Shown: positions 1 to 10,870, numbered from the stretch's first letter. The stretch: 64,000 nt of DNA from Thalia democratica (GCA_965202585.1 OZ241833.1:5952001-6016000), one strand, 5' to 3'. Numbers and translations: made by a program. The notes: generated by a model not told the origin, from the sequence alone.

Positions 1-194
1 AAAAAAATTACTTAGTTTAGAATTTTGAATAGACAACTTTCTCATTAGGTATCAAGTTTATATTTATACTTGTAGCTAATTTTTATTTAACTTACTACCT
101 GTAATAGTGGTTTAAATCATTTATTATAAGAATAGTTTCATTTTTAGTGAAAATTTAATTACTCAAACTTGTAGTTTAAATCTAAGCATCTTAC

Positions 195-1169
195 TTGCTA
201 CGCCGCATGCTTCAGTGCCTTCTTCATTGACTTCTAAATAAGTTTTATGAACAATATCCGACACATGAAGTCCTGTTACATCTGAAATTTTGCTCATATT
301 TGCTTTTTTGAGTGAAAACATGTCAGTCATCCCCAACTTTTCAAAAGTTTCTCGCAAGTTTTTTCGTATTCAAGTTTGAACTTTGGCAGGAGCAGTTTTA
401 TATTTCCTTGGAACTCTGTGCTCCGCTCAATCATGCTTCTCATCTTGCTAACTGTGAGTTTCTGCAAATCATCGTAACTCTTGGTCGGCATGAACAGCCA
501 CATTGAGTACTCCTCTCCTGCGTACGGAATTTCTATACCGTACATTTCATCGTCATAAGCATATTTATAACGAGGCAAGATTTTCGACATCATCGCAATT
601 TGAGTTTGTGTGCCGTCACAATTGTAAAAAGTGGACAGAAACGTGGTTTTCATGTTGAAGCTTAATGACCAAAGACCTTTGAAGTGGACAACGCTGGTTA
701 AGACCATTCTGGTCAGCTCAGTAAGCGACTCGGGAGCGATTGCTCTTTTTATTCTGTTTCCGGTGCTCTCAGCAACATGTTTGTTAATGGCATCTGCACT
801 TCGCTTGCGGTCCGATTTAGTTTTGAATGGCAAGTTTAGCGCCTTGCAACCGAAGCCTTTGAGAAGTTTCAAATAACCACTTTTGACTTTGTACCGGCTT
901 TCAAGGAACAAATTGTTGAAAATTCGGGCCTTGACTGAGGGTTTTTTGGAAGATAACTTTTGAAATTCCTCCAAAACCTCTGTACTTTTATAATTGCCAA
1001 TATAGAGACCAAAGGCTTTCGTTATTTGATCTTCGGTGTTGCCTTCTGATCCGCAATAAATCATGCTAAGGGCCAGGGAGATGCTGAAAGGAGAAAAGAG
1101 AATGTTCTCGTGCGGTGATTTGCTGCTAAACTCAGCGTAGAGGTCATCAATGAACGAATCAAACGACAT
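195..1169 (-). pseudogene. Serpin copy 1, exon 1, with a 1-nt frameshift; RCL exon lies off the left edge
   Basis: Serpin motifs NILFSPFSISLAL, VHFKGLW and EVNEEGTEA, split over ORFs 327-1169 and 163-357. A T6 run at 359-364 is T7 in all other copies. Donor A|GTAAGA at 195/194. The indel could be a homopolymer sequencing error. Confidence 0.8.
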
Positions 1170-2706
1170 TATTCAGATTACTTTTACACTACTACCTAAA
1201 AATGAAAAAAATTAAAGTTGTTGTTTTTAATAGTTTTGGCTGAACTTTGATTGTTAATTTAATGTTAAACTGCTTTTTTGTCATATACTTATGAGCTAAT
1301 ACATCAATATTTAAAAAAAAGATTTTGGATTATGAGTATTTTAAAGATTAATATTACAAGTAAAATATTAATATGCTATATAAAGTCTAATCTTATGCAG
1401 TAGCTAAGATTTTTAAGCAATGTTTTAACGCATTGAGTTGTTTATATATAAAGTAGTAATCAAGCTTTTCATACTGATTATATTTTAAATTATTTTTGTA
1501 AGAAACGGAATATGAAACTTTGTTTATAAAAAACCAGCAACTAGTTTGAGGAAAAATATTTTAAGACGTAGTTTAAACACTACTAATATCTTTACTTGTA
1601 TTTATCTACTTAATTTATAAATCTTAAAAAATAACTTTAAAAAAAGTGTTTCTTACATTTTTGTTATGTAGTTTAGTATAAGGCATAAAAGTAAATTAAG
1701 ATAAAACAGTAATAAAAGTTAATATAACTGTTAGTTAGGAATTAACAAAAGCATTTATACATGTAATTGTATGCAAGTTAGCTGTTTATTTCTACAGCTT
1801 AAAGGTAAATATAATTTTAAAAAAAGCGAAAGAAAATAATTAGGAAATAACTAGAAATAAATATTTATAAAAATAAAAAACCAGGTAATAATACTTAAAC
1901 TCCACAGCTTGATTTTTAGATAAAAAATTTGACATCTTAACGATAAACATTTCAAGTGGACAATTTTGCTCGGCAACTCTTTTGCACGAGCGTCACTTTA
2001 GCATGAAGGGTCACTTTTGCACGAAAGTAAAAAAAATACTAAAAAAAATGAAAAAAAAAAAAGAAAAATATAAAAAGATTAATTAATAATAAAAAAACAC
2101 AAAAAAATACCGACCATGGGTAACGGTTAGTGGTAACAGTGATAGCAAGAAAAAATTACAAAAAATAAAAAACTAGAAAAAATTAAAATAAAATAAACTA
2201 ATAAAAATGCAAAAAATTAAAAAAAAATGCCGAGGGTAAGGGTTAGGAGTAATAGTGATAAACAAAAAACATACGAAATAAAATTATTAATCAAAAAAAT
2301 ACAGGAAAACAAAAAAAAGTATAAAAAATAGATTATAAAAAACCAGAAAAACTAAATAAGAAATTTACGATCGAGGGTAAGGGGTAATAGTGGTAGCAAA
2401 AAAAAGATTAAAATTAATAAAACCAAAAAAAAAATCCTACAGTGCAAAAGTGTCTTCGTGCTAAATTTACCAACCGTGCAAAAGTGTCACCTCGTGCAAA
2501 ATAAATTACCCACCCAATTCAAGTATAAAGATTACATAAAAATAAAATTGTTTAGAAATATACTTTTATAATTAGACAAGCCTTTAATTATTTTTTCACA
2601 TATTGATTATTAGCCAGTTGTTTCAAAACTACGTCATAATAGTTAAAAAATCTATTGAAAAAAATTAAAAACGAATAAAATTTTTTTTGTTTTGTGTGTC
2701 GCTGAA
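1170..2706. promoter_or_regulatory. Divergent intergenic region between serpin and protease (long variant)
   Basis: Start codons point away from each other. A minus-strand acceptor TTTTTAG at 1196 lies 26 nt upstream of the serpin ATG, implying a 5'UTR intron. A conserved AGCCAGTT..CTACGTCATAAT block sits at ~2612-2640. A shared promoter is inferred, not shown. Confidence 0.55.
1958..2514. mobile_element. Non-autonomous foldback/MULE-like DNA element in the divergent promoter
   Basis: Left arm has tandem CACTTTTGCACGA motifs; right arm has inverted (T)CGTGCAAAAGTG motifs. Internal (C)GAGGGTAAGGGTTAG.GGTAA.AGTGATA repeats are separated by A-rich runs. Flanked by a 10-bp direct repeat CATTTCAAGT/CAATTCAAGT, a TSD length typical of Mutator. 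Confidence 0.6.
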
Positions 2707-3534
2707 ATGAAACGTTTCGTAATTTTTTGCTTGCTCTTCCTCCAAGCTTGCACGGGGCAGATGTTGGGAGGAAAACAAGCCAAGGAAGGACAGTTCCCGT
2801 TCGTGGTTCAGATCCGCAATCTGAATTGCCACGGAGTTTGCATTTGTGGAGGCGCAATCGTCGCCCCCCATTGGGTTCTGACGGCGGCGCACTGCGTTCG
2901 AAACAGCAACAACCAAACCACAAAAGTGGCCGTCGTGGCGGGAGACGTTTGGCGGTATCGAAGAGAGGGAGTCACGGGCAGGGTGGAGATCGGGCCGGAG
3001 AAGATACAAGTGTACCCCTACCCCGACTTCGAGCGAGACAGGCTGAACGACGTGGCGCTGCTATTTGTCGAGGAACCGTTCAATTCGAAACCGGAAAATT
3101 CGAAAGTCAAGATGATTGGGTTCGGGTCGGACGATGGTGTCGGGGTGGGCCAGGAGTGCACTGTGATGGGATGGGGATTCACCAGGATCGACTGGAAGAC
3201 CGACCAGAGAAGCAGGCAGTCGCCGGTGCTGAAGTACGGCACGCTGAACATCACGACGATCTACCAGCGCATCATTCATTTCGGAGACCTGAACAGGGAC
3301 GGCCCCTACTTGCTGAACGGGGACTCGGGCGGCCCGCTGGTGTGCAGGGACGCCGAAGACGGGAAGCAGAGGCTGTTCGGGTGGCAGCGAGCGACTGATG
3401 TGGAGAAGAACTCGATTTTTTACGTGAGGTACCGCAGTTTCAAAGGTTGGATCAGAAGGAAGCAAGGCGAGGTGGAAAGAGAAAATGAGGACAAGTTTCA
3501 GAAAGACAAAAGCTACGAAGAATATTCAGTTTAG
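2707..3534 (+). CDS. Secreted S1 (chymotrypsin-fold) serine protease copy 1, 275 aa, intact triad
   Basis: ATG at 2707 (ORF-track start is a TTG). Signal peptide MKRFVIFCLLFLQACTG, then QMLGG, WVLTAAHC (His57), NDVALL (Asp102), GWG and GDSGGPLVC (Ser195). Intronless. AATAAA at ~3581. Confidence 0.9.
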   Translation: MKRFVIFCLLFLQACTGQMLGGKQAKEGQFPFVVQIRNLNCHGVCICGGAIVAPHWVLTAAHCVRNSNNQTTKVAVVAGDVWRYRREGVTGRVEIGPEKIQVYPYPDFERDRLNDVALLFVEEPFNSKPENSKVKMIGFGSDDGVGVGQECTVMGWGFTRIDWKTDQRSRQSPVLKYGTLNITTIYQRIIHFGDLNRDGPYLLNGDSGGPLVCRDAEDGKQRLFGWQRATDVEKNSIFYVRYRSFKGWIRRKQGEVERENEDKFQKDKSYEEYSV

Positions 3535-3712
3535 GAGGGACTCATCGCAATTTTTATTTTGTACCATGTTTTTGCAATGGAATAAATCTTGATTTTCACG
3601 TTAAAAATTTTTTTATTGTTTCAAAACGAACATAAAGTGTTTATTTTAGAATTAATTAAGCTTAATTGTAAAGGTTCTGTTAAGTTAAGTATATCTTGAA
3701 TTCTCTTCTTTT

Positions 3713-3883
3713 GGGACATGTTCAAAATCCACCAAGTCAAATTCGAGAAACGCTAACCGAACGAGGGTAAGGGTTAGGGGTAACAGTGATAAATAAAAAA
3801 TAAATAAAATTCAAAAATATATAAAATAAATTTGTAAATAAAAAAAGTGTAAAAAAAATTGGGTGGATTTTGATAGTATACCC
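3713..3883. mobile_element. ~170-bp MITE downstream of protease 1
   Basis: Inverted ends GGG..TCAAAATCCACC / GGTGGATTTTGA..CCC enclosing one GAGGGTAAGGGTTAGGGGTAACAGTGATA motif. Absent from the homologous site behind proteases 2, 3, 5 and 6. Confidence 0.55.
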
Positions 3884-4336
3884 TTTTTTTCTTCTGTCTC
3901 AAGCCATTTATTTGAGAATTTAAAACTTAAGTTTAAAAAGAATAAAATTATACCTTATAAATAATTAATGGCAACATTTTTTTTGGCGGAGTAGGAGAGG
4001 AAAAAATTTACCTTAAAGATTTTTAATACTTTTGATTCACAAAAATTACTAACGCTTTTTAAACTAACATTTTAAACTAACGTTGTTGTTAATAATAGTT
4101 TATATAATAGTTTTTATAAATATATATCACACCACTTGGATACCTTTTAATTTTTTTTCAACGATAACTTTTAATCTTTATAGTACAAATACTCATTAGA
4201 CTTTAGTCTGCTTTTTTACTTGATTGAAAACAAACAAGATCTTTTACTAAACACAAGTATATTTCAACAAACTTTCATCAGTTTGTTACAGTTGTTACAA
4301 ATAAAGAAACATCGACTCAGATTGAAAAAACATTGA

Positions 4337-4916
<580 letters not shown>

Positions 4917-5157
4917 TAAAAAATATCTTCAGACAAACATTCTTATATAAAATATTTAGATTAATCTACCTAAAGTTTATATTCAGCTGTTTTTCAAGTG
5001 ATATTTTTTATAGCACATTAACTTTCTTTGTTTTATTTATTAGCTATTACAGTTGTGTAATACTTTATTTATTTCTTAAACGTATAACACTGTTATTTAT
5101 TATGTAATTTTAAAGTAAAGTTCCAAAGATATTAAATTTGATAATCAACTCAAAAAA

Positions 5158-6334
5158 GAAATTATGCTAATTTTATGCAAATTTTTATACATATTTTTGA
5201 ACGATTTTATGTCGACTAAAACAGGACATCTGGAAGAGTTAGTGACGTAACATAAATTTTCTGAAATTTTAAAAATAGTTTAAAATACATATTGGATATA
5301 ATTTTTGGGGTAGGAGGGATGGAAAACAACATCAAAAACAGCAGTACGAAAAAGGCTGAAAGCAAGAACGCACAATCGCGCGCAAAGCACGCTGTTGTGC
5401 CCTCTTTGCGAAGCAAAACCGAAAGAAAGCGGAGCTTTCTGAGGTTGGAACGTACAAAGAAAGCGAAGCCTTTAAGGCATGAAAGTTAAAGCAAGATCGC
5501 ACAATCGCGCGCAAAGAGGTTGGGACGCACAAAGAAAGCGAAGCTTTCGAGGCATGGAAGTTAAAGCAAGATCGCGCGCGAAGCGTGCCTTTTTTGCGAA
5601 GCAAAACCGAAAGAAAGCGAGCTTTCTGAGGCAGGAATTTAGGTTAAAGAATTCAGATTTTTTAAAGTTAAAATACTATTTTTTCTTTCTAGTAGAGTAA
5701 TTGTCTTTTAATGCTTAGTTAAAACGGCAGTTTTTAAAGCAGGAATTTAAGTTTTTAAGGCAGGAATTTAGGTTAACGAATTTAGATTTGTTTAAAGTTA
5801 AAATTAGTTGAGTTATTATGTTTTAATACTTAGTTTAAACGGCAGTTTTTAAAAACTTGATGTATTTTTTAAGAGAATTTGAGAAACAGTACAAAATTTA
5901 AAAACCTTATTATTTTTAACACTTTATTTATAATTTTATTTACTTTCTTATCTATTATCGATTATTATTTATTAGTATTTGCTTTATTTGGCTAGCACAA
6001 AAGCGCGCTCTGCGCGCGGTGTGCGATACTTTTAGCTACTTATTACAAACTATTTTCTTACTTATGTAGTTCTTTTTGTTTTGTTTTTAAGTGAATACAT
6101 GTTTAATTTTTTTCTTCGTTTTACATTATCTGTTCGAACTAATTTGTTCTAATAGTTTAAACATAAGTTTACTAAAATTTTAAGAGTTTTTAATAGTATT
6201 TCAAAATTATCATAAATTTGAAAAATTTCTAATTAATATTTTTTTTTTACTTATTATATTATTTATCTGCCTTATTCGGCTAGCACAAAAGCGCGCTTTG
6301 CGCGCGGTGTGCGATGCTCTTGGCTATTTATTAA
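5158..6334. mobile_element. Non-autonomous element with ~128-bp internal tandem repeats and inverted GCGCGC-hairpin motifs (HINE/DINE-1-like, tentative), copy A
   Basis: Shares both boundaries with 13039-14386 but has different flanks. Holds ~2.3 core repeats at ~5350-5635, plus reverse-oriented core-motif copies at ~5990-6030 and ~6280-6320. Confidence 0.5.
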
Positions 6335-6919
6335 TATCTGTTTTCAATTTAAAGTACCTCTTTATTATTTTGTACTTTACTTCATAGATATATTTAACCT
6401 GAAAATCACCACTCCAAGAAAATATATAACTTGCTATCTCAATACTTTTGTTTAACTTTAATAATCTTTTACTTTACGCAATTCAATCACGTACAGTTGC
6501 ATTTCAACGTTTTCTTTAATAAACAATGAACTTCACCGCACGACCAACAACAACAGCATCCAAGACAACCTACGATTGTGCAACTTACACACATCCTGAC
6601 CAACACAAAGTGTTATCAGATGATACTGTAGTTGTAGAGTATTATACATAAGCTACGAGCAACTTTAAAAACCACAGAAAATCCTAAAAATTTCATTTAT
6701 TTACTTTATGTAAACTTAACCATTTATTTAATCAAAAATTCCTTTATTAAAAATCAATAGCAGAATAGAATGCAAACTGTAGTCTCAACTTGGAATATTC
6801 TACTAAAATGTAAAGTTGAGCAGTTTTACTTAAAGTAGGTGTCAATGTTATTAAAAACTACTTTTTTTATTTATTATTTGTGTTTCTTGTATTTCTTTTT
6901 GTTTTGTATGTAAGTGAAT

Positions 6920-7345
6920 AGATATATTAATTTTTTTCTTCGTTTTACATTATCTGTTCGAACTAATTTGTTCTAATAGTTTAAACATAAGTTTACTAAA
7001 ATTTTAAGAGTTTTTAATAGTATTTCAAAATTATCATAAATTTGCAAAATTTCTAATTAATATTTTTTTTTTACTTATTATATTATTTATCTGCCTTATT
7101 CGGCTAGCACAAAAGCGCGCTTTGCGCGCGGTGTGCGATGCTCTTGGCTATTTATTAATATCTGTTTTCAATTTAAAGTACCTCTTTATTGTTTTGTACT
7201 TTACTTTATAGATATATTTAACCTGAAAACCACCACTCCAAGAAAATATATAACTTGCTATCTCAATACTTTTGTTTAACTTTAATAGTCTTTTACTTTA
7301 CGCAATTCAATCACGTACAGTTGCATTTCAACGTTTTCTTTAATA
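6920..7345. repeat. Local direct duplication of ~6095-6520 (offset ~824 bp)
   Basis: TTTCTTCGTTTTACATTATCTGTTCGAACTAAT...GCATTTCAACGTTTT is repeated nearly identically, including the element's right end. Confidence 0.8.
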
Positions 7346-8741
7346 AACGTTGAAATAATAAAATAATAAACGACATCAATTTTTTACATGTCATTTTTTA
7401 TGAAAATCATTATGATAGGTAAGATTATCAAAGTTAGTTCAGCAAAGTATTCACAGAACTGTATTTTATAATACTTAAAAAATGTGTTATAAGTTTATTT
7501 TCACCTTTAAAGTTTTTGTACTGCATAAATACACTTTTCCATTTTAATACCTTTACAATAACTTTCAATTAAGGCTCAGTCGCTCATAATGGTAAGTGTG
7601 ACTAAAGTTTAAAACTTTTTAACCACAAGTTTTCTTCAATTTCTTCTAAAGTCTAACTATATATGGTATGTTTGATAAGGGTTTCCCTAACTGGGCAACA
7701 TCGCCCTTTTAATTTCGCCCTTTAAATTAATCAAAAAAATACAGGAAAAGAAAAAATAATAAAAAATAGATTGTAAAAAACGGGTGGATTTTGATAGTAT
7801 ATTCTTCTGTCTCAAGCAATTTATTTGAGAAGTTAACAATTTGAGTTCAAAAAGAATAAAATAAACAAGAAAAGGCAAGTTTTAATATTTATTATCAACT
7901 GTCCTGGACAAGACGTTTAACTGTGTCAAAATGAAGTACGACTCCATAAGCACTTTTCGTACACTGGTCATTATAACATTTAAGCGCTTTATTTGTCCAA
8001 TTTAAGTTATTTATTATCATATTACTATTAAAGTTTTTACTTTCATGAAATTTTAATTAATACGTCAAAAAACTTTTATAAGTACATAGACTTCATTGAG
8101 TTTAATTTTGCTTGTCTTCAACACAATAAATCGCATTTCAGGTTTCAGTGAGAAAGAATTAGAATAACAATAACTAGTATATAGTAACTAGTTTTATAAA
8201 AAATATCATTTATTTAAAAAAACATTTTAGTATTTCTCAGGATTTGTATAATTCAGATTACAGTCAGTTACAACACTGTAAATATTTTTAAACATTTTTA
8301 CAATTTATTTAACTATTCTACCTTTGTACGGGTCTATTTGAAGTATTTAATTATTATACCTTTACAGCTGCAATTTTCTGTTAAGCGTATTAATACCGCT
8401 GTTAGGTTTTAGCTATTATTTAACATCTTTAAGTTATACAAGTATATATTAATTCATTATACAAAGATACAAATTTATTACAGTCTCAACCAATTAGTTT
8501 CAACAACGTAACAAAGTATAACCAAACAAAAAATTATACGGGTTTTGTACACACCTAACAGCAATAAATTTCTTAAATTTATTTTTTTGAATGAACTCAG
8601 TATTTAAAAATTATATAGTAACTTCAACATATCTCACAAACACAACAAACTAAATACAAGAGCAAACAGAGTTGTATTCAAATTAATGGTTTAAGAATAA
8701 TTACGCAGCAAGTCAAAGCGCTTTATTGCTTTGTCAGCTCT

Positions 8742-10379
8742 TCACAGTTTGCTCACCAACGTTTTTCCATCCTCACGACCTTTACATATCTTTTCAGCAG
8801 TTGTTTCAGCCGCCTTGAGGTCTCCAATTTTGCCGTAGAAAATTATGTTCCCTGTGCTGTTGTGTGTTATCAGCACAACAAACTGGTGATTGCAAATGAA
8901 TTCTGCTGGACGGTCACCGAAAGGTCCACTGAATGATGATGCTAGAAATATGCAAAAAGATTAAAACACTCAAGCCATACTGATGTCAAGGTTGAGATCA
9001 ACATACAGTGTTATAAAATATATTGTATTACATAATGAGAGAATAATGTGCAGACAAGAAGTCTTATGGTTATTTTTAAACAAAAATTATAAAATTATTC
9101 ATTTAGAATTGGTAAACAAGATAACCCAAACTTACAAGCTGAAGTAGTTCTCGCTTTGTTAAGTTAATATAATGTAATTTTTTTATAAGTTCAATTTCAT
9201 AGAATTATTACTTAATTATGCATTTTGAATAGACAACTTTTACATTAGGTATCAAGTTTATATTTATACTTGTAGCTAATTTTCATTGAACTTACTATTA
9301 GTCTTTAATAGTGTTTTAAATCATTTCTTATAAAAATAGTTTCATTTTAATACCAGTAAAAATTTAGTTACTCAAATTTGTAGTTTAAATCTAAGTATCT
9401 TACTTGCTACGCCGCATGCTTCAGTGCCTTCTTCGTTGACTTCTAAATAAGTTTTATGAACAATATCCGACACATGAAGTCCTGTTACATCTGAAATTTT
9501 GCTCAAATTTGCTTTTTTGAGTGAAAACATGTCAGTCATCCCCAACTTTTCAAAAGTTTCTCGCAAGTTTTTTTCGTATTCAAGTTTGAACTTTGGCAGG
9601 AGCAGTTTTATATTTCCTTGAAACTCTGTGCTCCGCTCAATCATACTTCTCATCTTGCTAACTGTGAGTTTCTGCAAATCATCGTAACTCTTGGTCGGCA
9701 TGAACAGCCACATTGAGTACTCCTCTCCTGCGTACGGAATTTCTATACCGTACATTTCATCGTCATAAGCATATTTGTAACGAGGCAAGATTTTCGACAT
9801 CATCGCAATTTGAGTTTGTGTGCCGTCACAATTGTGAAAAGTGGACAGAAACGTGGTTTTCATGTTGAAGCCTAATGACCAAAGACCTTTGAAGTGTACA
9901 ACGCTGGTTAAGACCATTCTGGTCTGCTCAGTAAGCGACTCGGGAGCGATCGCCCTTTTTATTCTGTTTCCGGTGCTCTCAGCAACATGTTTGTTAATGG
10001 CATCTGCGCTTCGCTTGCGGTCCGATTTAGTTTTGAATGGCAAGTTTAGCGCCTTGCAACCGAAGCCTTTGAGAAGTTTCAAATAACCACTTTTGACTTT
10101 GTACCGGCTTTCAAGGAATAAATTGTTGAAAATTCGGGCCTTAACTGATGGAGTTTTGGAAGATAACTTTTGAAATTCCTCCAAAACCTCTGTACTTTTA
10201 TAATTACCAATATAGAGACCAAAGGCTTTCGTTATTTGATCTTCGGTGTTGCCTTCTGATCCGCAATAAATCATGCTGAGGGCCAGGGAGATGCTGAAAG
10301 GAGAAAAGAGAATGTTCTCGTGCGGTGATTTGCTGCTAAACTCAGCGTAGAGATCATCAATAAACGAATCAAACGACAT
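8742..10379 (-). CDS. Serpin copy 2, join(10379..9404, 8941..8742), 391 aa, no signal peptide, ends -SKL
   Basis: 976-nt exon, phase-1 donor A|GTAAGA, 462-nt intron, acceptor TTTCTAG|CA. Exon 2 gives T-SSFSGPFGDRPAEFICNHQF...IIFYGKIGDL...VSKL*. AATAAA at 8722-8727. In-frame TGA two codons upstream of the ATG. Confidence 0.88.
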
Positions 10380-10870
10380 TATTCAGATTACTTGTACACT
10401 ACTATCTAAAAATGAAAAAAAATAAAGTTGAAAGAAATTAAAATTGTTATTTTTCTATAGTTTTGGCTGAACTTTGATTGTTAATTTAATGTTAAACTAC
10501 TTTTTTGTCAAATTCTTATAACATAATACATCAATATTGAAAAAAAGAAGATTTTGGGTAATGAGTATTTTAAAGTTAAATATTACAAGTAAAAAATTAA
10601 TATGCTATATTAAGTCTAATCTTATGCTACAGCTAAGGCTTCTAAGCAATGTTTTAACGCATTGATTTGTTTATATATAAAGTAGTAATCAAGCTTTTCA
10701 TACTGATTATGCTTTAATTATTTTTGTAAGGAACGGAATATGAAACTTTGTTTGTAAAAAACCAGCAACTAGTTTGAGGAAAAACATTTTTTGACGTGGA
10801 AATAATACTTAAACTCCACAGTTTGATTTTTAGATAAAAAATTTGACATACTAAGGATAAATATTCAAGT

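Noticed and set aside
631-876. 81-aa plus-strand ORF inside every serpin
   Set aside because: Antisense shadow with a GTG start, conserved only because the serpin is.
2230-2250. TTAGGG-like motif suggesting interstitial telomere
   Set aside because: Single occurrences within the GAGGGTAAGGGTTAG transposon motif, not a tandem telomeric array.
2692-2706. Longer protease N-termini given in the ORF track (2692, 11286, 32398, 45494)
   Set aside because: They start at TTG codons and differ between copies; the conserved ATG of MKR begins a clean signal peptide in all six.
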